Source: Cyanophora paradoxa CCMP329 (taxonomy: Eukaryota > Plantae > Glaucophyta). Taken from it: a stretch of DNA of 64,000 bases. Positions 1-10,072 of the stretch are shown piece after piece (within the stretch, counting starts at the first letter, position 1; each line of letters starts with the position of its first letter). The stretch spans positions 1 to 64,000 of the forward strand of contig QPMI01000122.1 of the NCBI GenBank assembly GCA_004431415.1, read 5' to 3'. The notes beneath the pieces are model-generated. The model searched no databases and was not told where the DNA came from. It saw only the letters and a program-made list of their open reading frames with translations. The position numbers were made by a program, and so were the translations under genes.

Positions 1-569
1 AGGCCTCCCTGCTGCGGATCGCCCGGTGCGCAGAGGCGATATGCGAGCCGGGCGCCGGCCGCGCTCACCTGGCGCCGCAGGCACCTCGGCATCGTGTTCA
101 ACGAGCCCGAGCAGAAGCGCAGCCGCTCGCAGTGGTTCAGCAGCAGTGCGCCGCCCCCTCCCAGCGGCGCCGCCGCTGCGGGCTTCGCTGACGGCTGGGA
201 GCAGCGAGCCCCGGGGAGTCGGTGGCGCAGGGCCCGGCGGGGAGCGCGCAGCCGGCGCACGTGCACGTGGCGGACGAGGACGAGCTCTCGTGCAAGTCGG
301 ACGGCTGGGGCCCCGCCTCGACGGGCAGCGACAGCCCGGCGGCGCTCGAGGAGGCGGCGACGCCCGGCTGCGCCTCGCTGCAGCTCGAGCGGCGGCTCGC
401 GGCCATGCACAAGGTCGCCGCCGCCTGGGACGCCCGCTCCGAGGGCGACGAGGAGCCGTGCTGCGCCGGCAAGTGCCGCAAGCAGCTCGCGGAGATCGCC
501 CAGCTGCTCGCCCTCGTCGTCAAGAAGATGGACAGCTTCGAGAAGGCCCACAGCAAGGACTTCCGGTGA
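1..569 (+). CDS. 3' end of a hypothetical protein gene (partial, runs in from the left edge)
   Basis: Intron CG|GTGCG...CTCAC...CGCAG (26-80) joins ...LLRIAR|HLGIVFNEPEQKRSRSQWF. An apparent 1-bp deletion in the G-run near 213-217 shifts into ...LALVVKKMDSFEKAHSKDFR* (TGA 567-569). No family recognised. Confidence 0.55.
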
Positions 570-1742
570 CTTGTCGGGGCCCCGCCGGCCGCCCCGCCCT
601 GGTCCCCCTTCGAAGCTTCGCTCCAGCCCTTTCAGTTTCCTTTCCCTATCGTCCCTTTCGGATTCGCTCACGTCAGCAAGCTTTCAACTAGGTAGTTGTG
701 TTAGCCAGCCCCCGCCTCGTTTTTGAATCGCCCAGAGTCTGGTAGCTCTCGTATACGTAGGTCCAGCGCCTTTCAAGTCCGTCCGGTTTTGTTATTCGAT
801 CTTCGAACCCTGCCTTCTGGTGTCAGAATGTAAATAGTGCTGATCATAATGATGTCTACGACAATGCATATATCCCGTTATTTCTCGCGCCATGGTCAGC
901 GCGAACGTGCCACGCGTACGGTGCGCATGCGCGTGGTCATGATCATGAGCAGGAGGCGCGACTTGGAAATCGCGGGCCCGGGGCGAGCCGAAGTCAGAGC
1001 GCTAGACGAGTAATATTATAATATTGCGACCGTCGGACTTGCACCTCGAACCTTCGAATTCCACGGCGTTCCTGCAGCGCCCGACCTCGAACCCCGCCGC
1101 GTCCCGCAGCCCGCCGAGATGGCGCTCGAAGTTCTGGCCACAGCAGCGATCGCAACCGCGCCGGAGCGTCCGATCCTGGGTCTATGCCGGTGCGCCCGCG
1201 GCCGTCGACGTCCCCCGCGCCTCGGCCGGCGCCAGATCGCCTAGGAGAGACGTTTGGCCGGCTATGATCCCCCGGCGCTGCCCGGTCGAGGAGAGGGACG
1301 CGTGAATTCCGAGGGCCCTTCTAGAAGGCGTGCCGAACGTCGGGGAATCTGGCAGTGGGCCGGGGACTGCCGGACGGGCGCGGCGGGATCGTGGCTCAGA
1401 ATGGTTTCCGGCTCTAAATTAAATTGCAGGCGAGGCTGCCGCCGGCGCGGAACGCTGATCGCGAGCTGCAGATCCGTAGGGAGCGCCGGCCAGCGCGCGC
1501 CCGGCGCCCGAGGCATACCCGAGGGGTTCGGCGGGAGCGGCGCGCTCTTGGGCTCAGTCTCTTTTACTCGAAGTCGAAGCGATGTGCGCGCGAGGGAGAG
1601 ACGTCGAGATCGCGGCTTTAGGGGCGGTGGAGGGGGCGGGGGCCCGGGAGGGCCCCCCAAGGCGACGCAGAGGGACGGAGCGGGGAGGGGCGGGGCGGGG
1701 AGGGGTGGGGCGCGGGTGCGGGGAGGGGAGAGGGTAGGGAGG

Positions 1743-2776
1743 TCACAGGGCGGCGGAGAAGACCTGTCCGAGGGTGGCGCTCAGGCGGGGCGCCGGGCCG
1801 GGCCGGGGCGGGGGGGCGGGGGGGCGGGGGGAGGGCGCGCCTGTACGTGCCAGATCGTTGGGACGGTCTTCTTCGCGGGCGGGTTCTCGTAGAAGACCCA
1901 CCGCCGGCCCCGCAGCTCCCCCTCCAGCAACGCCCGCACCTGCCCCGCCCCCGCCTCACCCCCCGGCCCCGCGGCGCGGCGGGGCGGGCGGGGCGGGCCT
2001 GGGCGGGGCTCATGGGGTCGAGGGACCAGAGGACGTGGTGCGTGACCTCCTCGGCGAGCTCGTAGGGGAAGTTGTTGTTCCGCAGCAGCGCCCGCGCCCC
2101 CGGCGGCACCTCCTTCCCGCCCCGGTCCGCCCGCACCGTCCCCGGGCGCGCCGCGGACGGGACGAGGGGGAAGCCCCAGAGGCGCTCCAGCAGCTCGTCC
2201 CCCACCGTCTCGTACCCCTCCAGAATCCGCGCCGCGAACGCGTAGTAGCTGCCGCGCGCCCCGCCCGCTCGCCCCGCGCCCCGCGCCAGGGCGGGCCCGC
2301 GCGGCGGGCGCACATCTTGTTCTGGTCGGCGTTGCGCTTGAGCAGCTCCCACTGCTGCGTTTGTATGCAGTACTCCACGTCCTCGTAGCAGGGCGGCCGG
2401 CTCAGGATCCGAGGCTTCGAGCTCGCCGCCGCCGCCGCGCTCTCGGCCGCCGGCTTCGAGGCGCTGCAGCTCGCGTTCGCGCGAGCCGGAGAAGGGGGGG
2501 CCGACCAGCTGCACACGCGAGTCAGCGCCGCCGCGCCGCAATCTGGTCCCGCATTCCAAGCGCGCACGAGACTGAGCGGCGAGCAGCGGTCCACAACCAG
2601 CCTACTCGAGCGCTGTACTGCCTCCTCGACGAGCTGGGGCTCCTGGGGCTTGCTGGGCACCTCATAGCACTCGGCGAGAGCGGCTCAGTTGCGACTGTCA
2701 GAGCCCGCGCTGCAGCTGCGACCCCCACGCTTCGCGACTTTGCCAGCGGGGCAACGCTGCTGAAGGCGACCGACAT
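1743..2776 (-). CDS. DUF3605 / GlcNAc-induced Gig1-like protein with a predicted plastid transit peptide
   Basis: Spliced product contains WELLKR...YY, NNFPYELAEEVTHHVLWS and WVFYENPPAKKTVPTIWHVQVF, resembling DUF3605 motifs (N.WPY....I.H.VVWS; WF.NP...SVP...H.HV). ATG 2776 starts MSVAFSSVAPLAKSRS (Ser/Ala/Arg-rich). Four introns, two with GC donors. Confidence 0.75.
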
Positions 2777-2930
2777 ATTGCAACGTTAACAGCTCGAATC
2801 GAAAACTGGAGGGGCGCACGGCGCATTCGCCGCAGCGGTTTCCGTTGAGAACGAAGTGTTGGTCGCTTGCCCCCCACGCGGTCTTGGCGTCGAGCACTTC
2901 GATCGGGGGCGCTGCGAAGCGATTCAAAAG

Positions 2931-5387
2931 ATGGAGGCTCGTCGAGGCGTGGAGGACCTGGCGTCGCAGTGCGCCAACCTGACCGCCAAGCTTGCTGCGG
3001 CCGTGGAAGAGCGGGCAGAGCTGCGCAACGAGATAAAGAGGCTGAAAGAGCAGCTCGAAGCGCGCGGGGCGGCGGCGGCTCCCCCCGCGCCGGTTGCCGC
3101 GCCGAAGGCCCCAGACGCGTCGGCGTGGGAGGCTGGCGCCCCGAGGCGGGAGGAGACGATGGAGGACCTGCGGGACTCGATCGGTGCGTCGTGCAGCGTG
3201 CGTACGCGGCGCGGGCGGCCGACGCGGCGGCAGAGCTGCTGAGGGCGGAGAACGCGCGGCTGCTAGCGCGGGAGAAGCGGAGCGTGGAGGAGGCGGAGCG
3301 GCACGCGTCGGAGGCCCGCGCGGAGGCCGCCGCCGCCGCGACGAAGCTGCGCGACGCGCGCGAGCGGATGCTGGTCCGCGCGGCGCGCGGCGAGGGCGGC
3401 GGGGGCGCCTGACGGGGCCGGGGGGGCAGGTGCTGGAGGAGGAGCGGAACGGGGCGCGGGAGGAGGCGCGGCTGACGCGGGACGAGGCGGCGCGGCTGCT
3501 GAAGGAGGCCAAGGCCCTCCGCGAGGAGAACCGCGCCCTCGCCGCCGCCGCCGCCGCCGCCGCAGCAGCAACAACAGCCGCCAAGGACCGCGCCGAGGAG
3601 CCCCGCGCACCGCGCGCAGCCCGGGCGGGAGCGCGACGGCGGCCAAGGGCAAGGCGGCCGCCGGGGAGGGCGGGCGGTCCGGCCGGCCCGAGCCGCCCGT
3701 GCGCCCGGCGCCGGCTGCTCCCGCGCGCCGCGGCGCCGCCTGAAGAGCCGCCGCGCAGGAAGCCGAGCGCAGGGAGGAGAAGAGGGAGCCCCGGAGGGAG
3801 GCCCGCAAGGAGGAGAGAAAGGAGGAGCGAGGGGAGCGGAGGGAGGAGCGGGCAGATCGGAAGGAGGAGCGGAGGGGCAGCGGCGGTGCGCGCCGGCGCT
3901 GCGGTGGCGCGTGCGGGGGCCGACGGGGGCGGGGGCAGGGCGCGGGGAGGAGGCGGGGCCGGCGGGGGCGCCGGACGGGGCGAGGCGGGAGGAGGCGCTG
4001 GCGGCGGAGGTGGCCGGCCTGCGGGCGCGCGTGCAGGGTGCGCCGGCGTCGGCCGCGGCCCAGTGGCGGCGGGCGTGACGGGGAGGGGCAGAGCTGGAGG
4101 GCGGGGAGGCGGCGGGGCGGGCGGCGGTGGCGGAGGCGCGGCGGGCGCGGGAGGCGCTGGCGGCGCTGGGGGAGCTGGCGGAGGGCTACAAGGAGCGGCT
4201 CGTGCAGGCGCAGGGCGCGCAGTGGAGCAAGGGCGAGCTCGGCAAGAAGCTCGAGGTGCGGGGCGCGCCCGCCGGCCTGCGCGGGCGGTGGGGACCGAGG
4301 CGGGGCGGGGCGGGGGCAGCGGCTGGAGCGGGCGACGGGGCGGGCGCGGCGGCTGGAGGGGGAGCTGGCGGAGCTGCGGGCGGAGCGGCTGCGGCCGCTG
4401 ACGGAGGCGCGCGACGAGGCGGAGCGGCTGCGCGCGCGCCTCCGCGACGCCGACCGCGACAAGGCCGCACCCTCCGGCCCCGCCAGCCCCGCCCCGCGCC
4501 AGACGCCGACGCCGGCGGGGGCGCAGGAGCGGGCGGTGGCGGAGGCGCGGGAGGAGGGGCGGCGGGAGCGGGAGCGGGCGGCGGCGGAGGGGCGGCGGGA
4601 GGCGGCGGCGCTGGCGGCGGAGGGGGACTCGCTGCGGGCGCAGCTGGCGACGGCGCGCGCCGAGGCCGACGCCGAGCGCGCCCGCGCCCGCGACGCCGAC
4701 GCCCGCGCCGAGCGCTGCGAGCGCGAGGCGGGCGGCCTGCGCGAGCGGACGGAGGGGGCGGAGGGGCGGGCGGCGGAGGCGGAGGAGCGGGCGCGTGTGC
4801 TGGAGGCGGGGCGGGGGGCGCTGGAGGAGGCGGCGCGGAACGCGGTGGCGGAGGCGGAGGAGCTGCGCGCCGAGGCGCTGGAGCTGCGGCAGAGGGCGGA
4901 GGACGCCGCCGCCGAGGCCGCCGACGTCGAGGCCAAGGCCCGCCCCGCCCCGCCGCCCCCAGCCCGCAGCCCCGAGCCCGCGACCCCGGCTGACGGGGCC
5001 CGCCGCCGGGGGCAGTTCTACGAGGGGCAGCGGGCGCTGCTCGCCGCGCAGGAGCTCGCCCGCTCCCGCGAGGCCGAGGCCCGCCCCGCCCCGCGCCCCG
5101 CCCCGCGCCCCGCCCGCCCCGGGCCGGGGGCTGAGGCGGGGCGGGGGCGGGGCGCAGGCGCGGGAGGCGGCGACGCGGTGCCGCGCCCTCGAGGCCCTCG
5201 CCCAGGCCCGCCTCCCCCGCCCCGCCCCGGCCCCGGCCCCGGCCCCGGGCCCCCCGCCGAGGCCCAGCGCCTTGTCGCCGCCGCCGTCGCCGCCGCCGAG
5301 GCGGCCGCCCCGCGCCGCCGCTCGCGCTCCCCGAGCCCAGCCCGCCGCTTCACCGAGCGCCCGCCCGACAAGCGCGGCCGGCGGTAG
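2931..5387 (+). CDS. Long coiled-coil protein (multi-exon, function unknown)
   Basis: ATG 2931 starts MEARRGVEDLASQCANLTAKLAAAVEERAELRNEIKRLKEQLE. Exons are E/A/R-rich heptads separated by short GT/GC-AG introns. Stop TAG at 5385-5387. Confidence 0.65.
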
Positions 5388-5765
5388 CCGCGCCGCGCGA
5401 GCAAGGGCGCGTGCGCATGCAGGCAGGCAGTTCAAACACCACAGTGTGAATTTGATCCGCTTTGGCCAGTACTAGTGAGCGGCAATGGGGCCTGCGGGGG
5501 GTAGAGGGGCGATCAGTTGTGATCGAGGGCGGGCCGGCCAGACGCAGCGGTAACCGACCGGCGTCGTGGCGCGTTGCAGCTTTTTAGTGCCAAGGGGCTC
5601 GTAAGCGAAGCGCATGGCCCCGTGGCGACGTTAGCCGATCTCTACACGTCAGTTTTCCGACGTCGGCGCACTGTGCTGGGCCCTGGGCGGGCGCATTCGA
5701 CCTGCTCGGTTGAGCGCGTGTGATTGCCTACAGGGCGGCCGGCCGGCTTGCAGGTCGCCGCCTCG

Positions 5766-8444
5766 ATGGGGCCTCCGACCCGCCGCCAGCGATCCGCATC
5801 TGTGCCCAACCTGGGCATCACGCTTCCGGCGAACCAGACGACGATTGAAGTCGAGCGGGATGCCGTGCTCTTCCCCCTGGGCGAGGAAGTCGTCGACCGC
5901 AGGCGTTCGGCGCTGCAGCAGAGCTCGAGGCCGGACAACGAGCGCGCGCAGCTGAACCTGCTCAAGCGGGAGTCGATCAAGAACGATGCGACGGTGCTCA
6001 AGCTCATCAGCCAGGTCCGCCCGACCACTTTCCGGTTGTGCGGCCCCTGAAGTCCCGGCAGCTCTTTGCCGCTGCCGACGCGGACCGGGACGGGTGCGCG
6101 GGGGCGGGCGGGGCGGCGAGCTGCGTGCCACGGCGCGTGACGGGCGGGGCCGGGGCAGGCGGCTGCGGAAGGAGGAGTACAAGGAGGCGCACCTGGCGAT
6201 CTACCGCGCCCTGCACGTCGACTGGGACCGCGAGGCCGCCGAGGTGCCCCCGCCCCGCCCCCGGAAGCGAACCGAGAGCGCGGGCGCCGGGCTGACGGGC
6301 GGCGGGGCAGCGGTGCGCGGAGAGCGACTGGCTGGTGGACCGGCGCGGCCTCGCCTTCGTCGACAAGCTCCGCTGGCGCGTCATGATGTGCGCCCGCCCC
6401 GTCCCTGCCTCCCGCCGGGCTCCTGTGCGGGCCTCACGGGGGCGGGGGCGGGGCAGGTTCAACCTGTGCGACGAGTGGACGGAGACGATCACGGCGGAGG
6501 AATACCGCGCCTTCCTCGCCGCGCTGCTCTCCACCGTCGCCGGGCCTGCCCACGCCGCCCGCCGCCCCGCCCTCCGCAAGCTCGACGGTGCCTTCCGGCC
6601 CCGCACCCCGCCCCCGCTGCCGGCGCCGCGCTCACCGGCCCCGGCAGCGATCCCGCCGGGGGTGTGCCTGCGGCCCGGCGTGCGGGACCGCCGCTCGAGC
6701 CGCGATGGGGACGAGGCCGCCGCCGCCGCCGCCTCAGGGCCGGCGGGGGGACGGGGGCCGGCTGTGGAAGAAGTACGGGGGCGCGGGGCCGGGGGCGCGG
6801 CGGCCCCCGCGCGCGGCATCTCCGAGGCCGCCTACCGCCGCCTCCTCGGCTCCTGGGACTGGCCCGCCCCGCTCCCGCCCCCCGCCCCGCCCCGCGCCCC
6901 GCTGACGGACGGCGGCCGGCAGGGACAACCTCCAGAAGATGGTCGCCGCTGACGGCGGCGCGGGGCCCCCGCGCCGCCGCCCACCACCGCCCGCGGCGCC
7001 CCGGGGAGGGCGGCACGTCGCTGGCGCCTCCGGCGGCGTCGGGCCGGCGCTTCAGCATGTCGCGCGTGCCGGTCGGCCCCGGCCCGCCCTCGCCCCTCTC
7101 CCCGGCCCTCGCCAGCCCGAGAAGCCCGCCCGCCCCCCCGCCGCCCGGCTCCGCCGCCTCCGACCGCCCCGCCGCCGCCGCCGCTGCCGTGGGCGCGGGG
7201 GCGCCGCCCCCGCCGCCGGGGCCGCGGCCGCCGTCGGCGCGGGGCCGCCCGCAGGTGTGACGCTGACCGTCTCGGGCCCGGCGCCGCAGCGGCGGCCGTC
7301 GCGCTCCGGCCGTCGGGCCCCGCCGCCTCCCCGCCGGCCGGGCGCCGCCCCTCCTCCTCCCACGCCCGGCCCCGCCCGAGAGCGCCGCCCTGCGCGCCGG
7401 CCCCGCCCCGCCCCAGGCCGCCCCGCCGGCCCCCGCCCCGAGCCCGAGGGCTCGTCGGGCCGCCCCCGCTCGGCGCGGGGCGGCGCGGCGGGCTCGGGGC
7501 GGGGGCCGGGGAGGGGAGGGGCGGCGGGACATCCGGGGCTCGCTGGCGCTGGTGGCGGCGGCGGCGCTCTCGTCGGGCCTCGCCGCCGCCGGGGTCGAGG
7601 TCGCCCCGCGGGGCCGCCAGAGCGGGGCCTGCTCCCCGCAGGGCAGCCCGCCCCGCTCCGACCCCCGCCCCGCCTCCCGCCCCGCCTCTCGCCCCGCCTC
7701 CGCCTCCCTTCGCCGCCCCGCCTCCGCCTCCCGCCCTCCTCCGCCGCCCTCCGCGCCGCCGCCGCCGGCCCCCCCAAGAGTCCGTCCCCGCCCGCCCCGC
7801 CCCGCCACGCCCCGCCCGTGCTGACGCGCCGCGCGCACGGCAGTCGCGACGGGGACGCCGAACACGTCGCCGACGCGCGTGCGCTCCTTCCCGGGGCGGC
7901 CGGACGCCCCCGCCGGCTCCCTCGCGCCCCCCGCGCCGGCGCCGCCGGTGTCGCCGGGGAGCGGGGGCTCCTCGCCGGCGGCGGGGGCCTCGGGGTGCCC
8001 ATCCCCGCGGGCCTCGCCGGCCTCTTCGTGGCGCAGCTGAGCCCCTCGGCCACCTCCTCCTCCACCCCGGCCTCCTCCACCCGCTTCCCCTCCCCCCTCG
8101 CCGCCCCCCTGCCCCCGGGGCCCGCCCCGCCCCCGCTCCGCTCCCCGCCCACCGCCGCCGACTCCCCCGGCTTGAGCTCCCCGCTGGCGACGCGGCGGCA
8201 GATCGGGCCGCTGGCGCCGCTGGCGGGGGGGGAGGCGGCGGCGGTGCGGAGCTCGCTGCCGTCGAAGGCGCTGATCAGCCCGACGGTGCTGGCGAGCAAG
8301 CTGGCGTCGCTGGCGCAGGAGCAGCTCGCCGACGACGAGGCGGAGGCGGCGTGGGAGGAGGAGTTCGGCGGGGGCGAGGGCGGGGGCGAGGAGGGCCTCG
8401 AGGGGATCCCACGCGGCACCCTCGACACCAGCGCCCTCCGCTGA
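5766..8444 (+). CDS. EF-hand-like protein with a long Pro/Ser/Ala-rich C-terminal region
   Basis: Spliced LFAAADADRDG|RLRKEEYKEAH forms an EF-hand-type loop, followed by FNLCDEWTETITAEEYRAFL. The 3' half is low-complexity and its exon structure is uncertain. TGA at 8442-8444. Confidence 0.55.
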
Positions 8445-9724
8445 GCCGCCGCGGGGCCCGCCCCCGCGCCCCCCGGCCCCCCAGGCCCCGCCCTCCCCGC
8501 CCCGGCTTTTTCTTTTGTATACCGTTTTTCACGAATCGAGCTTTTTTTTTCTCTGCTGGAGGGAGGAGTGCGAAGCAGGGGCGAGGGCGCGCCCTCCCCC
8601 GCCCCTGCATCCCATGCCACCTGCAGACCGCGCGACTTCCTGCCGCGCAGTGCGCGCAGGCCCAGGGCTCGTTCACCTTCAGCCGCTGAGCTTGGAACTT
8701 GGAATGCATGCATTGGAAGCCCCAAAAGCCTTTTGACGAGTTCAAAAGCCTTCGAAAGCCCCAAAAGCGACTCACGATCGGCGACGATCATGAGACTTTA
8801 AATTTGGAAGGCTTCAACTTGCAAGGCTAGTTGGAATTGCGACTAACGGTTTAACTTAGTAAATTCGACAAAACAAGAATTGAATGCCAAGGCTAAGAAC
8901 TTGGAAGCTACTAGGCTAGACTCTGAGAGCCTCGATCATTAAGCATTGGCCGTCGGCCGCGGACCGTCCGACGGTCGACGCATACGTCCGACTGTACCAA
9001 AGAGACTCTGAGATCGATTTCATGATCATGCCATGATGATCATGCCATGATGAACTTCAAGGCTTCGGAAGCCTTGCCAAGTTGAAGCCTTGCCAAGCCG
9101 CCGCGGCCGGGCCCCGGGGCCGGCGCCGGCGCCTTGCAAATTGACTCAGCGAAGCTCCGAGGCTCAGCCTGGCAGCGGCTGATCCGATGATGATGATCAT
9201 GCCATGATGATCATGAAGCCTTTCAGGCTCTCAAAGATTCGAAAGGTTTGCAGCTAAAGGTCTTTTGAATTGCTTCGATTCGGCGATTGCCGCGCCGCCG
9301 CAGGGATCTAGAATCCGACATGTACAGTCAGTCCCGAAGACGAGTCCACTGCACTGCGGCAGGCCCCCGGCCGCGGGGCCCCTTCAGCTCGGGCGGCTTG
9401 CAATTGCAATTGCTTGCCGCTGCCATTGTTTGCCGAGTTGCAGAGCGGGAGAGCCCGGTGCACGTAACTTGTAAGAATACTTGAATACGCAAGAGCAGCA
9501 ATAACAATACCACTATGGCTCTCTACGATATCTCTTTAAACGACTGAAGCGAATTTCGAAGCTACGGACGAACTACACCTGCTATAGTACAGCGTCGGGG
9601 CCGGGCCCACGCGGGGAGTCTGGAGGAGAAGCTCGAGCAGCCCCGAGAAGAGAAGGGAAGAGAAGAGAGGGATCCGGAAGGGTGAAGAGGAGGGGGAAAG
9701 GGGGTGTGTGTGTCCTGCGCCCCC

Positions 9725-10072
9725 TCAGAAGGAGGCGAAGGCGACGGCGACGAAGCGGAGGCCGGCGGCGGCGTCGTCGGCGAGGGCCTCGGGGCGCGCG
9801 AGCACCGCCCCGGGCTCCCCCACCACCGTCACCCGCTTCCCCAGCGACCGCACCCCGCTGTTCCCCTCCCCCGCGTGCCTGCCCCGCCCCGCCTCAGCCG
9901 GGGCGCGCGGGGCCGGATGGCGGGTGGGGCGGGGGTCGGGGGGCACCGGCCGGGCCCGAAGCGGACGGTGTCGACGGGGAGGGCGGCGTCGATGGCGCGC
10001 GCGAGGGTCCGGAAGGGCGCCCCCGCGCTCCCGTCCCGGCCCCGTCCGACCCCGCCACCGACACGTGCAGGT
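9725..10072 (-). other. DUF1565 / beta-helix-cap-like C-terminal module of the giant protein
   Basis: DLHVSVAGSDGAGDGSAGAPFRTLARAIDAALPVDTVRFGPGR (after restoring one G in a G-run near 10035) matches the 'YVS..G.D...G....PF.TI..A......DT....PG' motif. Confidence 0.55.

Noticed and set aside
2685-5435. 916-aa minus-strand ORF and similar long Arg/Pro/Gly-rich ORFs (e.g. 7052-8791, 54586-56415)
   Set aside because: These are shadow ORFs caused by stop-codon scarcity at very high GC. They overlap better-supported spliced genes.
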